Shown: positions 55,435 through 63,978 of the stretch, one piece after another
How positions within the stretch are numbered: the stretch's first letter is position 1
Layout of the letters: every line of letters starts with the position of its first letter
Source of the DNA: a phage
Sequence record: PX436236.1
Reading direction: 5' to 3' (one strand)
Length of the DNA stretch: 64,000 bases
Program-made: the position numbers and the translations under genes
The notes under the pieces: model-generated
Told to the model about the DNA's origin: nothing
The model's input: only the letters and a program-made list of their open reading frames with translations
Database searches by the model: none

Positions 55435-55873
55435 AATCTACCACCACTAAATTAATATCAGGAGTAAACAAATTAATCAATTGATAAACCTTGTCCCAAT
55501 CACCACCAGCAATACCACAACCAATGCGAGGGATATAAATTCTTGGTTTAAACAAAAGACCTTTTGCTTGTTGATTTAATTCTATCATACAGTTTACTAA
55601 AGCACCATAATCAAGATTAGGGCCTGGTTCGTATTGGGTATATAAATTATAGCAAATTTGGCCATTATTACCTGTAGCTTGAGTAAACGTGCCAAGTTTT
55701 GCCAAATTGCCTAAATAAGTAGTTTTATCGATAGCGAGAATAGGCGGATAAGCCTTAGCTAATTGTCCAGCTACACCTGAACCCATTGTGTGGAAACAGT
55801 TGCACCCGTGTGCAACATTATTACCTTGAAGAAATAGGGCGACAATATCGCCCTTAATATAATCAATAATCAT
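55406..55873 (-). CDS. macro-domain-like protein, 155 aa (candidate ADP-ribose binding or hydrolase)
   Basis: N-terminal NNVAHGCNCFHTMGSGVAGQL resembles the macro-domain glycine-rich signature. Confidence 0.45.
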   Translation of the reverse strand: MIIDYIKGDIVALFLQGNNVAHGCNCFHTMGSGVAGQLAKAYPPILAIDKTTYLGNLAKLGTFTQATGNNGQICYNLYTQYEPGPNLDYGALVNCMIELNQQAKGLLFKPRIYIPRIGCGIAGGDWDKVYQLINLFTPDINLVVVDYESPLPASV

Positions 55874-56226
55874 TTAGAGTTTAATCCTCGGTTGTAAGAG
55901 TCAACGAGTCTGTCTACCATAGACGCGCACATTTCTTTGTACTTTTTATCAGATGGAATACATTCAGTAACGTTTAGACGTTGCTCGTATCTTTTAGAAA
56001 GAGTTTTCTCTTTCATTCGACGATGCTCTACGTCGTTCTGCCCATCTTTAAAAGCAGCTGTGATTTTTGAACTGAATTCGATAATGCATTCAGTATTACT
56101 CGGATGACAATAATCTTTTGCTGTACGGGTAGCATACTCGACAATTGAATTATTACTATCACCAACTTGTGACGCTAATACTCCCGGAGCAATCAACATA
56201 AGCGCTATAGTCATCTGCTTAATCAT
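55870..56226 (-). CDS. secreted protein, 118 aa
   Basis: Cleavable signal peptide. Confidence 0.45.
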   Translation of the reverse strand: MIKQMTIALMLIAPGVLASQVGDSNNSIVEYATRTAKDYCHPSNTECIIEFSSKITAAFKDGQNDVEHRRMKEKTLSKRYEQRLNVTECIPSDKKYKEMCASMVDRLVDSYNRGLNSK

Positions 56227-56766
56227 TTAATACACCGCCTCAAACATCTTTTTAGATTTTAGGTAATTGGCCTTTTCTAGAACTTCAGAAGCATATTTAC
56301 TGCCTGCTTTGGCGTTCCAGCCCGCATTATAAGAAGCAATCGCTTTTCTCAGGTCACCTTTGTGAACATCAATCCAATAAGACAGTTCAATGTAGGCCCA
56401 AGAGGCACTGTTCTGTCGTTTTTGGACCATACGAATTATTTCTTTGTCAGACATCTTCCAACCTACCTGTTGAACACGACTTCTTAACGTAGGCAAGTAA
56501 TTTTGGAACATGCCATAAGCATGGTGCTTATCTTTATTTAAACCCTGATTAATTCCGGCAGATGATTCCTGCCATAGTAATCCGGCCATAATATATCCTA
56601 ATCCTTTTTGATTAGGGTTTTCTTTGAACTTTCCCGACTTTTGGTATTGTTCACCGAAAGCATACGCATAATGTAAATTATCGAGTTGTTCATTACTGAA
56701 AGTAGGCTCTACGCTATGGGCAGACATACTAACTGTCAATAGTAAAGTGGCTAATACTTTTTTCAT
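56227..56766 (-). CDS. secreted lytic-transglycosylase-like protein (SLT domain), 179 aa
   Basis: Signal peptide; LLWQESS and AYGMFQ resemble the SLT catalytic motifs. Confidence 0.5.
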   Translation of the reverse strand: MKKVLATLLLTVSMSAHSVEPTFSNEQLDNLHYAYAFGEQYQKSGKFKENPNQKGLGYIMAGLLWQESSAGINQGLNKDKHHAYGMFQNYLPTLRSRVQQVGWKMSDKEIIRMVQKRQNSASWAYIELSYWIDVHKGDLRKAIASYNAGWNAKAGSKYASEVLEKANYLKSKKMFEAVY

Positions 56767-56778
56767 GAGACCTCATTA

Positions 56779-57237
56779 TTAAAGATAGATTACTTTCGTG
56801 CTGGTTTTACCTTCTAAACGTTTAGAGTTAACAAATGCCATACGACATTTAAGGGAATATCCTTTATCAGGATGTTTACGGTCTACAGTCATACCTAGCC
56901 ATAAGGTTTTATCGGTAATTTCGAGACGCAATGGGCGATACACTTTACCAGGGACAATTTCGGATTCTACATCAGGTAGAGGTTCCTGGATTAAAAATTC
57001 ATGAATTTCTTTAACATGGTTATGGAGTTGCTTGAATAAAGCAAAAACGTATTTTTCGTCGATTTCACGTTGGATAGCACGGTCCAACAAGTGATTAGAG
57101 TACTTAATAAAGAAGGCTGGGACTCCGCTCTTGATGGCGGCTTTTTTGATGGACGTATTCAGTTCACGGAATTCGGTTTCGAACTGACGACGTAATTTAT
57201 TGCGGCGGATGAATACTTCTGAATTAATTTCTGACAT
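56779..57237 (-). CDS. regB: RegB endoribonuclease, 152 aa
   Basis: Highly similar to T4 RegB (EVFIRRNKLRR...HLLDRAIQREIDE...LEITD..LWLG). Confidence 0.88.
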   Translation of the reverse strand: MSEINSEVFIRRNKLRRQFETEFRELNTSIKKAAIKSGVPAFFIKYSNHLLDRAIQREIDEKYVFALFKQLHNHVKEIHEFLIQEPLPDVESEIVPGKVYRPLRLEITDKTLWLGMTVDRKHPDKGYSLKCRMAFVNSKRLEGKTSTKVIYL

Positions 57238-57253
57238 TTTGTAATCTCCTGTA

Positions 57254-57294
57254 GTTGATAGGTCTATAGTACCACGTCTACAGGAGATGTAAAC
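57254..57294 (-). promoter_or_regulatory. Early-promoter cassette upstream of regB
   Basis: GTTTACA-TCTCCTGTAG-ACGTGGTACTATAGACCTATCAA-CTACAGGAGA: perfect 10-bp inverted repeat of spacer and SD region. Confidence 0.6.
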
Positions 57295-57298
57295 TGCT

Positions 57299-57508
57299 TT
57301 ATTCTTGGAATGGGGTAAGTTTTCCAGCAGCTGAACAAATTTCTACCAGTACAGGGTAAAACTCTTTCACTTGTTCAAGGCGTTGGGCTGCATACTGTAC
57401 TTCACCTTCTTCGAGACAAGCCATTTGGTCGTCAAGCAAGTATTTGTGGTAGCCAGTACAGGCTTCACCGATGATACGCTGGAAATCTTGTAAACTTTCA
57501 ATTTTCAT
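57299..57508 (-). CDS. hypothetical protein, 69 aa
   Basis: Start set at MKIESLQD, preceded by GAGGAAA. Confidence 0.45.
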   Translation of the reverse strand: MKIESLQDFQRIIGEACTGYHKYLLDDQMACLEEGEVQYAAQRLEQVKEFYPVLVEICSAAGKLTPFQE

Positions 57509-57786
57509 CAGTATTTTTCCTCGGGTTGGAAAACGGAACGACACGCCCACATACTAGCTTCTTTAAGACGGTCAATTGCATTACGAATCTGGGTAATGCG
57601 TTCATGAGCCTGGTCTAGTTCTTGTTCAGAAACCTCTTCGGTATCTAAGTTCATATAATAGGTAACATGTTCTTCTTCTAGAGCTTTAAACATCAGCCCT
57701 AACCGAATTTCGGCATCTTTGATAGCGTTTACTTTACCGATTTTATCGTCGGTATGCGGCTTATAACCCTTGATATCTTCAATCAT
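57508..57786 (-). CDS. hypothetical protein, 92 aa
   Basis: ORF. Confidence 0.45.
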   Translation of the reverse strand: MIEDIKGYKPHTDDKIGKVNAIKDAEIRLGLMFKALEEEHVTYYMNLDTEEVSEQELDQAHERITQIRNAIDRLKEASMWACRSVFQPEEKY

Positions 57787-58001
57787 TTCACTTCCTCGCC
57801 AGTTGCGATATCATATTCTACCAAACGAAGGCCTTCAGTCCAACCTTGCACGGAGATATAGGTAGTCGGGTAAATCATTTCTTTACCATTCCACCGACCG
57901 CCATCCCAGACTTCCAGAAAGTCTTGTTCACCTGGTCCATTAAGCCATTCAACAAATCTTTTCAGAGCTTCTTCAGAACCTTCAATTGTCAATTTAGACA
58001 T
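57783..58001 (-). CDS. hypothetical protein, 72 aa
   Basis: ORF. Confidence 0.4.
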   Translation of the reverse strand: MSKLTIEGSEEALKRFVEWLNGPGEQDFLEVWDGGRWNGKEMIYPTTYISVQGWTEGLRLVEYDIATGEEVK

Positions 58002-58338
58002 ATTTTTTCCAATCAGAAATCATATGAATCTCTTGGTCATAAGTCAAGAGACTACGAGCAATAATACCCTTACAAGGCCCTGAGATGAACTCGAGAGTGA
58101 AGTAAGGAACCTGTTTCATTAATCGGATACTAGGAGCATGACATCTAAAACGAGAGCCCTTAAAGGGCCCTGTCATGAATACATATTCCAATGGGTAGAA
58201 ATAAGCATATTCGAAATTTGCAGTAAGGTCCTCTCTTCGAACCTTACGTGAGAAATAACAGAACTCAAAAAGTTCTTCATCAGTCATCATTGCATTCCTA
58301 TCACAAAGAACAGAGGCAAAGGCTTGTCGCCTTGGCAC
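57994..58338 (-). CDS. hypothetical protein, 114 aa
   Basis: ORF. Confidence 0.45.
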   Translation of the reverse strand: MPRRQAFASVLCDRNAMMTDEELFEFCYFSRKVRREDLTANFEYAYFYPLEYVFMTGPFKGSRFRCHAPSIRLMKQVPYFTLEFISGPCKGIIARSLLTYDQEIHMISDWKKYV

Positions 58339-58814
58339 ATAAATTTATTAATCATTACCTGGTAAGCTTCATAGAACTTATCCATCGCTGGAAGGCGCAT
58401 TGGCTCTTCGATAATAATCAATAATCGAGTAACGGATAGTCCACGATACTTATGGAAATTGTCTTCATCAAGGAAACTGCGCACAGTATCATAGACAACA
58501 AAACCAGGACCTTCGACTTGGAGATGTGGGTGTGCCTTAGAAACCTGTTTTATTACATTACAAATTTCTCGCGAGCGATGCGAAGAACTCGACATAACAA
58601 TCACATCATTACCCTTGGAAACCCAATCAGCGGCGAACTGAGCAAGGGCACTTGTTTTACCTGTTTGGCGTCCGCCATCAAGTCGAAGAGTACCAAACTC
58701 TTGCATTCTTGAAGCGGGTTCATACCATGTGTATTGGTCTGAGTCTAAACGTTCAATGGCGCGTTCAGCGAAGGCGTGCATTAAGGTTAGATAAATGGGA
58801 GTTAAAAATTTCAT
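58287..58814 (-). CDS. P-loop-containing protein, up to 175 aa
   Basis: GGRQTGKTSA Walker-A-like segment; start uncertain. Confidence 0.45.
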   Translation of the reverse strand: MKFLTPIYLTLMHAFAERAIERLDSDQYTWYEPASRMQEFGTLRLDGGRQTGKTSALAQFAADWVSKGNDVIVMSSSSHRSREICNVIKQVSKAHPHLQVEGPGFVVYDTVRSFLDEDNFHKYRGLSVTRLLIIIEEPMRLPAMDKFYEAYQVMINKFMCQGDKPLPLFFVIGMQ

Positions 58815-58974
58815 AGTAGTCTCTTAGTGGTGGGGCCATTCCTTGGCACATAATTCGTCCATGTATCCGTATGTAAACCCTTTACCGCACTTGGGCTCGA
58901 CCTTATTACAGGTAGGGAAAGGTCCATCACTCAGAGGACGCGACGTTCATGAGGAGAGGGCCGGCTTGCCTTTA

Positions 58975-59274
58975 TTAGAAAGAACCAGAACCTCTAATTG
59001 TGTTCTGGCGACCTTTATTTTCTAATTCGGAGTGGTCGATTTCATATGCTTGTGCTACGCCAAAGGCCTTTTTAACTTTAGCTAAAGAACCTTTAGATGT
59101 AACAATATTAAAAGTATTACCTTTGGTAAAATCAACAAAATCGACTTGTACGCCCTGTTTACCGAGGCTTGCTACAATAGCATCAACATATTCTTGGTCT
59201 AAATTGCCTTGAACTCCAATTTGAAATGCTTTAGGAGCTTTGGCTTCTGTGATAAATTCTTGATAAGTTTTCAT
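58975..59274 (-). CDS. internal-protein-like packaged protein with capsid-targeting N-terminus, 99 aa
   Basis: N-terminus MKTYQEFITEA matches the T4 internal-protein capsid-targeting sequence. Confidence 0.55.
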   Translation of the reverse strand: MKTYQEFITEAKAPKAFQIGVQGNLDQEYVDAIVASLGKQGVQVDFVDFTKGNTFNIVTSKGSLAKVKKAFGVAQAYEIDHSELENKGRQNTIRGSGSF

Positions 59275-59287
59275 TGTTATTCCTTAA

Positions 59288-59329
59288 GTTGATAGAAGTA
59301 TTCTATCACGGATTTAATTAAGCGTAAAT
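59288..59329 (-). promoter_or_regulatory. Early-promoter cassette variant (ATTTAC, 18 nt, TAGAAT, CTTCTATCAAC)
   Basis: Upstream of the 58975-59274 ORF. Confidence 0.45.
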
Positions 59330-59734
59330 AGCCTTGCCATAATGTTTGTACCAGGTAGGACGCTGTGCAATTTTTTCATCCAAACGGGTCTGAGATATAG
59401 CAATAGAAGCTTCGTGTGGAGTATAGTCACCACGGAATTCCTGAGGAATGTCACTAATGTCCTGGACAGTAGTATCCTTGATATTAAAACCACGTTTTAA
59501 ACATTCGGCTATAAGCTCAATTTGTCGCTTACGTAAAAATTCAAGCTTATCGTAAAAGAATGTAACATGGCCTGTGCCAAGGATAAAAGTAGGACTGATT
59601 TTGAAATCACGGACATGTTTACCATTAGCAACATGCTTACGAACTGCACCGAAAACACGTGGTAATTCACGATATTCAGCCATTAAGTGTTGGTCAGCCA
59701 ATTCAGATACTAAGGTAAGGTTGATACGAGTCAT
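59318..59734 (-). CDS. denV: endonuclease V (pyrimidine dimer glycosylase) DenV, 138 aa
   Basis: Near-identical to T4 DenV from [28 protein letters not shown]; start set at MTRINL. Confidence 0.92.
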   Translation of the reverse strand: MTRINLTLVSELADQHLMAEYRELPRVFGAVRKHVANGKHVRDFKISPTFILGTGHVTFFYDKLEFLRKRQIELIAECLKRGFNIKDTTVQDISDIPQEFRGDYTPHEASIAISQTRLDEKIAQRPTWYKHYGKAIYA

Positions 59735-59763
59735 TTTAGTGTTCTCCATGTTTGTATGAGAAC

Positions 59764-59792
59764 ACTATATCACAACTATCGTAAAAATAAAC
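59764..59792 (-). promoter_or_regulatory. Early promoter upstream of denV (GTTTAT, 17 nt, TGATATAGT)
   Basis: Sigma-70-like elements with extended -10. Confidence 0.4.
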
Positions 59793-59794
59793 CG

Positions 59795-60097
59795 TTATTT
59801 ACCTTTAATTGCTTTAGCTGCTTCGGTAGCCGCTTGCTGAAGGTCATCCATAGACATACCGAACTTAGAAGCAAAGTTATCAATTTTCTTTTCGACAGAA
59901 TTCAAAGGCTTGGCCTGTTTACCTTCATTAGCGCCTGGGAGAGCGAGAATACGCTCTTTGTCAATATAAAGGCTTACAAGTTTCTTACGGTCTTTATCGG
60001 GCAAATCATGAAATGAATGGGCCTTTTTATTTACGGCGGCTTCTAATTTACCCGCACTTACTCGCGCTTCGGTGATAAATTCTTGATAGGTTTTCAT
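59795..60097 (-). CDS. internal-protein-like packaged protein, 100 aa
   Basis: N-terminus MKTYQEFITEA. Confidence 0.55.
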   Translation of the reverse strand: MKTYQEFITEARVSAGKLEAAVNKKAHSFHDLPDKDRKKLVSLYIDKERILALPGANEGKQAKPLNSVEKKIDNFASKFGMSMDDLQQAATEAAKAIKGK

Positions 60098-60138
60098 ATG
60101 TTTCCTTTAAATGTAAATAGGTCCGAGTATTCGCTTTA

Positions 60139-60735
60139 TTAATTACCACGGGCTGCATTAGCAACGGCGTAAGCGTACTGAATATTAGCGTCTTTAAACG
60201 TACCTTTAGAGGTATCTAGTTCTGCCTTAAAGCCGCCTTTAACCATAACATCAGCAAATTCTTTACGGAAAGTCATTGCATCAAGACCTTTCCATGCGGA
60301 TTTATGCTTGGCAAATTCAAGACCGGCGAAGTTAACTGCTTTAGCCAATTTATTATCAATAGTCCATTTACCTGCTTTAGGTACAAACACCGGGCCTTTC
60401 TGTTTAGAGAACAGTTTTAAATTCCAGCGACGAAGGTCACCGTCAGCTTTAACAAAAGCTGCGTCCAAGTTACTAGCAACAACATCTTGGATATGGGCAA
60501 ATTTAAGTCCATCAGCTTCAATATTTAGGTCGTTACGCCAGCGAAGTCCTTCCCAGGCGAAAGCTTTAAAGTCGGAAGCTTTTGTAGCCAAGTACCGTTC
60601 AATAGGAGCTGTTTTAGCGTCAAAACCGTTTCCTGGGTTGTCAACGCCGTTTCCTTTGTAAGTCCACTCATCTTTATTAATGCCTTGGACCTTTCCTACA
60701 GAAGCTTCGGCGATAAATTCTTTATACGTTTTCAT
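60139..60735 (-). CDS. internal-protein-like packaged protein, 198 aa
   Basis: N-terminus MKTYKEFIAEA. Confidence 0.55.
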   Translation of the reverse strand: MKTYKEFIAEASVGKVQGINKDEWTYKGNGVDNPGNGFDAKTAPIERYLATKASDFKAFAWEGLRWRNDLNIEADGLKFAHIQDVVASNLDAAFVKADGDLRRWNLKLFSKQKGPVFVPKAGKWTIDNKLAKAVNFAGLEFAKHKSAWKGLDAMTFRKEFADVMVKGGFKAELDTSKGTFKDANIQYAYAVANAARGN

Positions 60736-60786
60736 ACGGGTTCCTTAAAGGAAAATATTTTAATTGGTCTGTTCAAGTAACTGTAG

Positions 60787-60818
60787 ATATACTATCACAA
60801 TTCTAGGAGATGTAAACT
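60787..60818 (-). promoter_or_regulatory. Early promoter (GTTTACATCTCC, TGATAGTAT)
   Basis: Partial member of the cassette family, upstream of the 198-aa internal-protein gene. Confidence 0.45.
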
Positions 60819-61216
60819 TATTTATAGGTCTTCATCCAATTCTTGAACAAAGCCGCGACGTCTTTCTCTTTAACGTTCAGTTTAATGTCCAACATTTTAC
60901 CACCCGCTGCTCTGGTTTGGCGAATCTTAGCAGTACCGGTTTCGCCATTCCACTCAACATAATACTGTCCAGTGTTCATTGCAATACCATCACCGTAGTC
61001 TTCATTTTTAGAAGTGGTGAATGCTAGCTTCATAGTCTTAGATACATGAGCCTGCATGCCTGTCTGAAGGGCATTACGAACGCGAATAACCTGAGGAGTG
61101 GCCTGGGTCAAGTTCTCATTCAGTTCTTCAGTGAACTCTTCAGATTCAAACATCGCCAAAAGTTCTTTAGATGCAGGAATTACATTCTCTGCGATAAATT
61201 CATTATAAGTTTTCAT
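60818..61216 (-). CDS. internal-protein-like packaged protein, 132 aa
   Basis: N-terminus [11 protein letters not shown]. Confidence 0.55.
   Translation of the reverse strand: MKTYNEFIAENVIPASKELLAMFESEEFTEELNENLTQATPQVIRVRNALQTGMQAHVSKTMKLAFTTSKNEDYGDGIAMNTGQYYVEWNGETGTAKIRQTRAAGGKMLDIKLNVKEKDVAALFKNWMKTYK
60821..60828 (-). promoter_or_regulatory. Late promoter TATAAATA
   Basis: Exact octamer immediately upstream of the early promoter, giving the internal-protein gene both early and late signals. Confidence 0.4.
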
Positions 61217-61697
61217 ATGCTTTCCAAGTACCTGTTTTAAATGTTGAAATCACGCGCTTAGCACGATTAGGAGTTTGTTTATACCAACGGGATTGAGCCA
61301 GGTTAACTGCCGCATCGTTCCAACGTTTCTGTTGGAGCATACGTAAAGAGTTAGTGAACCCTGCTACGCCTGCTTCACCCATTTGGAAGACCATGTTAAT
61401 TAAAGCACAACGACGAACTTCGTCCAGTACATCATAAACAGGTTTCAATTTAGGATTACGCAGAATAGCTCTACGAGCATTTTCAACCGATCGGTTAAAG
61501 AGTTGTTCAGCTTCAGCCATAGTAATACGACCATTACAAACTCGACCTATAAGCTTATCAAGTTCAGCACGAGCAACATCTTTAGAAGGGTTCTTAGTAA
61601 TCAATTGGCCGATACCAATAGTCCAATAACCTTCAGTGTCTTTATAAAGATTTAAATCAAGACCTTCGTCTTGACGTAACATATCAAAAATATCCAT
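61203..61697 (-). CDS. e: lysozyme (endolysin, gene e), 164 aa
   Basis: Near-identical to T4 lysozyme ([16 protein letters not shown] ... [30 protein letters not shown]). Confidence 0.95.
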   Translation of the reverse strand: MDIFDMLRQDEGLDLNLYKDTEGYWTIGIGQLITKNPSKDVARAELDKLIGRVCNGRITMAEAEQLFNRSVENARRAILRNPKLKPVYDVLDEVRRCALINMVFQMGEAGVAGFTNSLRMLQQKRWNDAAVNLAQSRWYKQTPNRAKRVISTFKTGTWKAYENL

Positions 61698-61727
61698 AAT
61701 ACCTCCTGAGTATAGGAGGTATTTATA
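61698..61727 (-). promoter_or_regulatory. Late promoter TATAAATA plus SD-sequestering hairpin upstream of gene e
   Basis: Minus strand: TATAAATA-CCTCCTATACTCAGGAGG-TATT-ATG; 7-bp stem pairs ACCTCCT with AGGAGGT. Confidence 0.6.
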
Positions 61728-62177
61728 TCAAAAGAGCGAATCTAAAACCTTAAACATCGACGGGCCCATGACATATTCCCATTGCGGACGTTTAATCAAG
61801 GCAAAAGCATCAAATTCAGGAATAGTACGACCGTCAGGGAACGTATGGTAAGCCGTACATTTGCAATCCTTGAACTGCTCGTGTTCCACAGGCACCGTAT
61901 ATAAGAACAGATGTAGATTCTTATTGCTTGAATATTTGAACTCACCCAGGTCTTTCAGGAACGCAGGATCGTATGCTGTGAATCCAATCTCTTCTTCGGT
62001 TTCGCGCATTGCCGCTTGAATGGGCTCTTCGCCTGGTTCGACATGACCCTTAGGAATGTCCCATTTATGACGCATATTCTCTGGATTACGAGAGCCTGTT
62101 ACACGGCCCATGACCAGTTCTTTATCAACGGTCATGAATAAAATACCGGCAGATAGTTCTTTCACTTTCTTACTCAT
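61728..62177 (-). CDS. nudE: Nudix hydrolase NudE, 149 aa
   Basis: Nudix box GHVEPGEEPIQAAMRETEEEIGF; start set at MSKKVKEL. Confidence 0.75.
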   Translation of the reverse strand: MSKKVKELSAGILFMTVDKELVMGRVTGSRNPENMRHKWDIPKGHVEPGEEPIQAAMRETEEEIGFTAYDPAFLKDLGEFKYSSNKNLHLFLYTVPVEHEQFKDCKCTAYHTFPDGRTIPEFDAFALIKRPQWEYVMGPSMFKVLDSLF

Positions 62178-62406
62178 CGTCTCGTTCCCATGATTGTTTA
62201 AAAATATCTTGCATAATAATTTGAAGTCTATTTTCTGATGATGGACTTTCACTATCAGACACTTGAAGCATATAGTCACCAATAGGACAGAACATATCCA
62301 TATCGCTTTCTAAGTCTTCTTTAATTTTCTCTTCTGATGTTCCGGTATCATAGGAATACAGGTAAGAATCACATGACTCAGATTTAATATAAATTGCAAT
62401 ACTCAT
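62170..62406 (-). CDS. hypothetical acidic protein, 78 aa
   Basis: ORF. Confidence 0.45.
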   Translation of the reverse strand: MSIAIYIKSESCDSYLYSYDTGTSEEKIKEDLESDMDMFCPIGDYMLQVSDSESPSSENRLQIIMQDIFKQSWERDDE

Positions 62407-62996
62407 TTACGGCATTCCTCAATAAACTCATTTAAATTCTGTTTGATTTTACCTTCGTCGTAAAGACGTTGTTGACGACGTAAACGCCATGGCATTTCAA
62501 TAGCCAAGCACCAAATACTTAAAGCAGCGCCAGCGGCGGCAAGGTTCATTAATCCAGCGCCAATAATAGTTCGTTCTAGCGCATCATTCCAGTTGGCATC
62601 GATTAAAAATGAACTCAGCACTAACATTGGAAGTAAAGTAATAAAATACGCTACAACATATCGTCCGAACGTAAGCCATTCAGTATCAATGAGCCTGGCC
62701 TTTCCATCTTGGAGACAAATATACTTATCGTCAGTGCGAGTGATTTTCTTTACTGGTTGCCAGCCGTTTACAATATAGCCCATTTTATATTCCTCAATTA
62801 AAAGCTGTTTCATTTCGGCAGTACAACCTGACCAATCTATTGTACTGGCTGAAATTCCTTCATCACCGTCATCGATATTTCGCCAGGACTTTTTAATAAT
62901 CATATGTTCACCACTTGGGATAATAATTCCGGCATTTTCCGACCTACGGATGAAGTTTGTATCAATACCCATACATCCAGGTTCATAAAGGGCCAT
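62403..62996 (-). CDS. membrane protein, 197 aa
   Basis: C-terminal hydrophobic helices. Confidence 0.5.
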   Translation of the reverse strand: MALYEPGCMGIDTNFIRRSENAGIIIPSGEHMIIKKSWRNIDDGDEGISASTIDWSGCTAEMKQLLIEEYKMGYIVNGWQPVKKITRTDDKYICLQDGKARLIDTEWLTFGRYVVAYFITLLPMLVLSSFLIDANWNDALERTIIGAGLMNLAAAGAALSIWCLAIEMPWRLRRQQRLYDEGKIKQNLNEFIEECRK

Positions 62997-63685
62997 TACC
63001 AGCCCTCCATAGGAAATTCCAGATATACTTGAGCATTAACACGGATTTCATTAGTAATCTTTTTAACACGGTCTGTATTACGAGACACACGACCAAACCA
63101 GCGCCACCCATTACTTACTGCACGAGAACCTGTATGCCACGTCTGCCAATCAAACTGGAGCAACGTGCGGTCAGGAGCATCCCACTTAGTTAATTCATTA
63201 GACTCAATTTTTTCCAGAACTTCTTTATGCCACTGGCGATAGATAAGTTCGCCTTCAGGAATCTGACTGAACTGTGCAGTTCCGGTTGCAAAATGAGTAG
63301 GACACACATCAGCGTTAACAAGACCAAGAATATGTTCAGAATGGTATCGAGGATTGTCATAATCAGGTTGCCCTGCGGTAATAAAGTGTTGACCCACCGG
63401 AATATCCGGGCGTGGTACATCATCATGGTGATAACCTGGGATAGCAGGATACCAACCAGGCATCAGCATGTGAACACGAGAATCAAATACAATATCAGGG
63501 CCACATTGCCAATCTTCAGGCAGGTTTTCAATAAAGCTACGAGTAATAGGACCGCCGTGTTTATGAGCAAAATAAGCATCGCAATTAAAGAACATAGGCT
63601 CATTTTTAATCATATCATTACTGATATCTTGAGCAAAACCACCGACTGCACGAGCTTGAGAATTAAAAGTTTTCGGACCGTTCAT
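62996..63685 (-). CDS. hypothetical protein, 229 aa, His-rich (possible metal-binding enzyme)
   Basis: ORF with HKHGG, YHHDD and HSEH segments. Confidence 0.5.
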   Translation of the reverse strand: MNGPKTFNSQARAVGGFAQDISNDMIKNEPMFFNCDAYFAHKHGGPITRSFIENLPEDWQCGPDIVFDSRVHMLMPGWYPAIPGYHHDDVPRPDIPVGQHFITAGQPDYDNPRYHSEHILGLVNADVCPTHFATGTAQFSQIPEGELIYRQWHKEVLEKIESNELTKWDAPDRTLLQFDWQTWHTGSRAVSNGWRWFGRVSRNTDRVKKITNEIRVNAQVYLEFPMEGW

Positions 63686-63699
63686 AATATTTTCCTCAC

Positions 63700-63912
63700 T
63701 TACTTTTTGTTGAAAAAGTACATTTTACCTTTAGGGGATAAGGATACACGAAGTGCGTTACCAATACCAACTGAACATTTAACCAGGTCAGCAGATTTCA
63801 ATTCACCAAATGCTTGACGAAGGTCACCATCACGAGTGTTAACCATCAGGCATTTAGCACCAGCTGCACGAACTTCGTTTAACATGTTGATTGCTTGGTT
63901 AGAAAGTTTCAT
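63700..63912 (-). CDS. hypothetical protein, 70 aa
   Basis: Start set at MKLSNQ, preceded by GGAGAAT and a promoter. Confidence 0.45.
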   Translation of the reverse strand: MKLSNQAINMLNEVRAAGAKCLMVNTRDGDLRQAFGELKSADLVKCSVGIGNALRVSLSPKGKMYFFNKK

Positions 63913-63938
63913 TTTATTCTCCATTTCACTCTGTTGTT

Positions 63939-63978
63939 TTGATAGGTCTATAGTATCACACCTATAGACCTTGTACAC
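63939..63978 (-). promoter_or_regulatory. Early-promoter cassette (GTGTAC variant)
   Basis: AGGTCTATAGG in the spacer is an inverted repeat of CTATAGACCT after the -10. Confidence 0.5.

Noticed and set aside
5979-63978. Possible CRISPR array, suggested by the repeated 45-bp element
   Set aside because: Copies are kilobases apart, irregularly spaced, each upstream of a gene, and carry -35/-10 promoter elements; this is a promoter family, not direct repeats with spacers.
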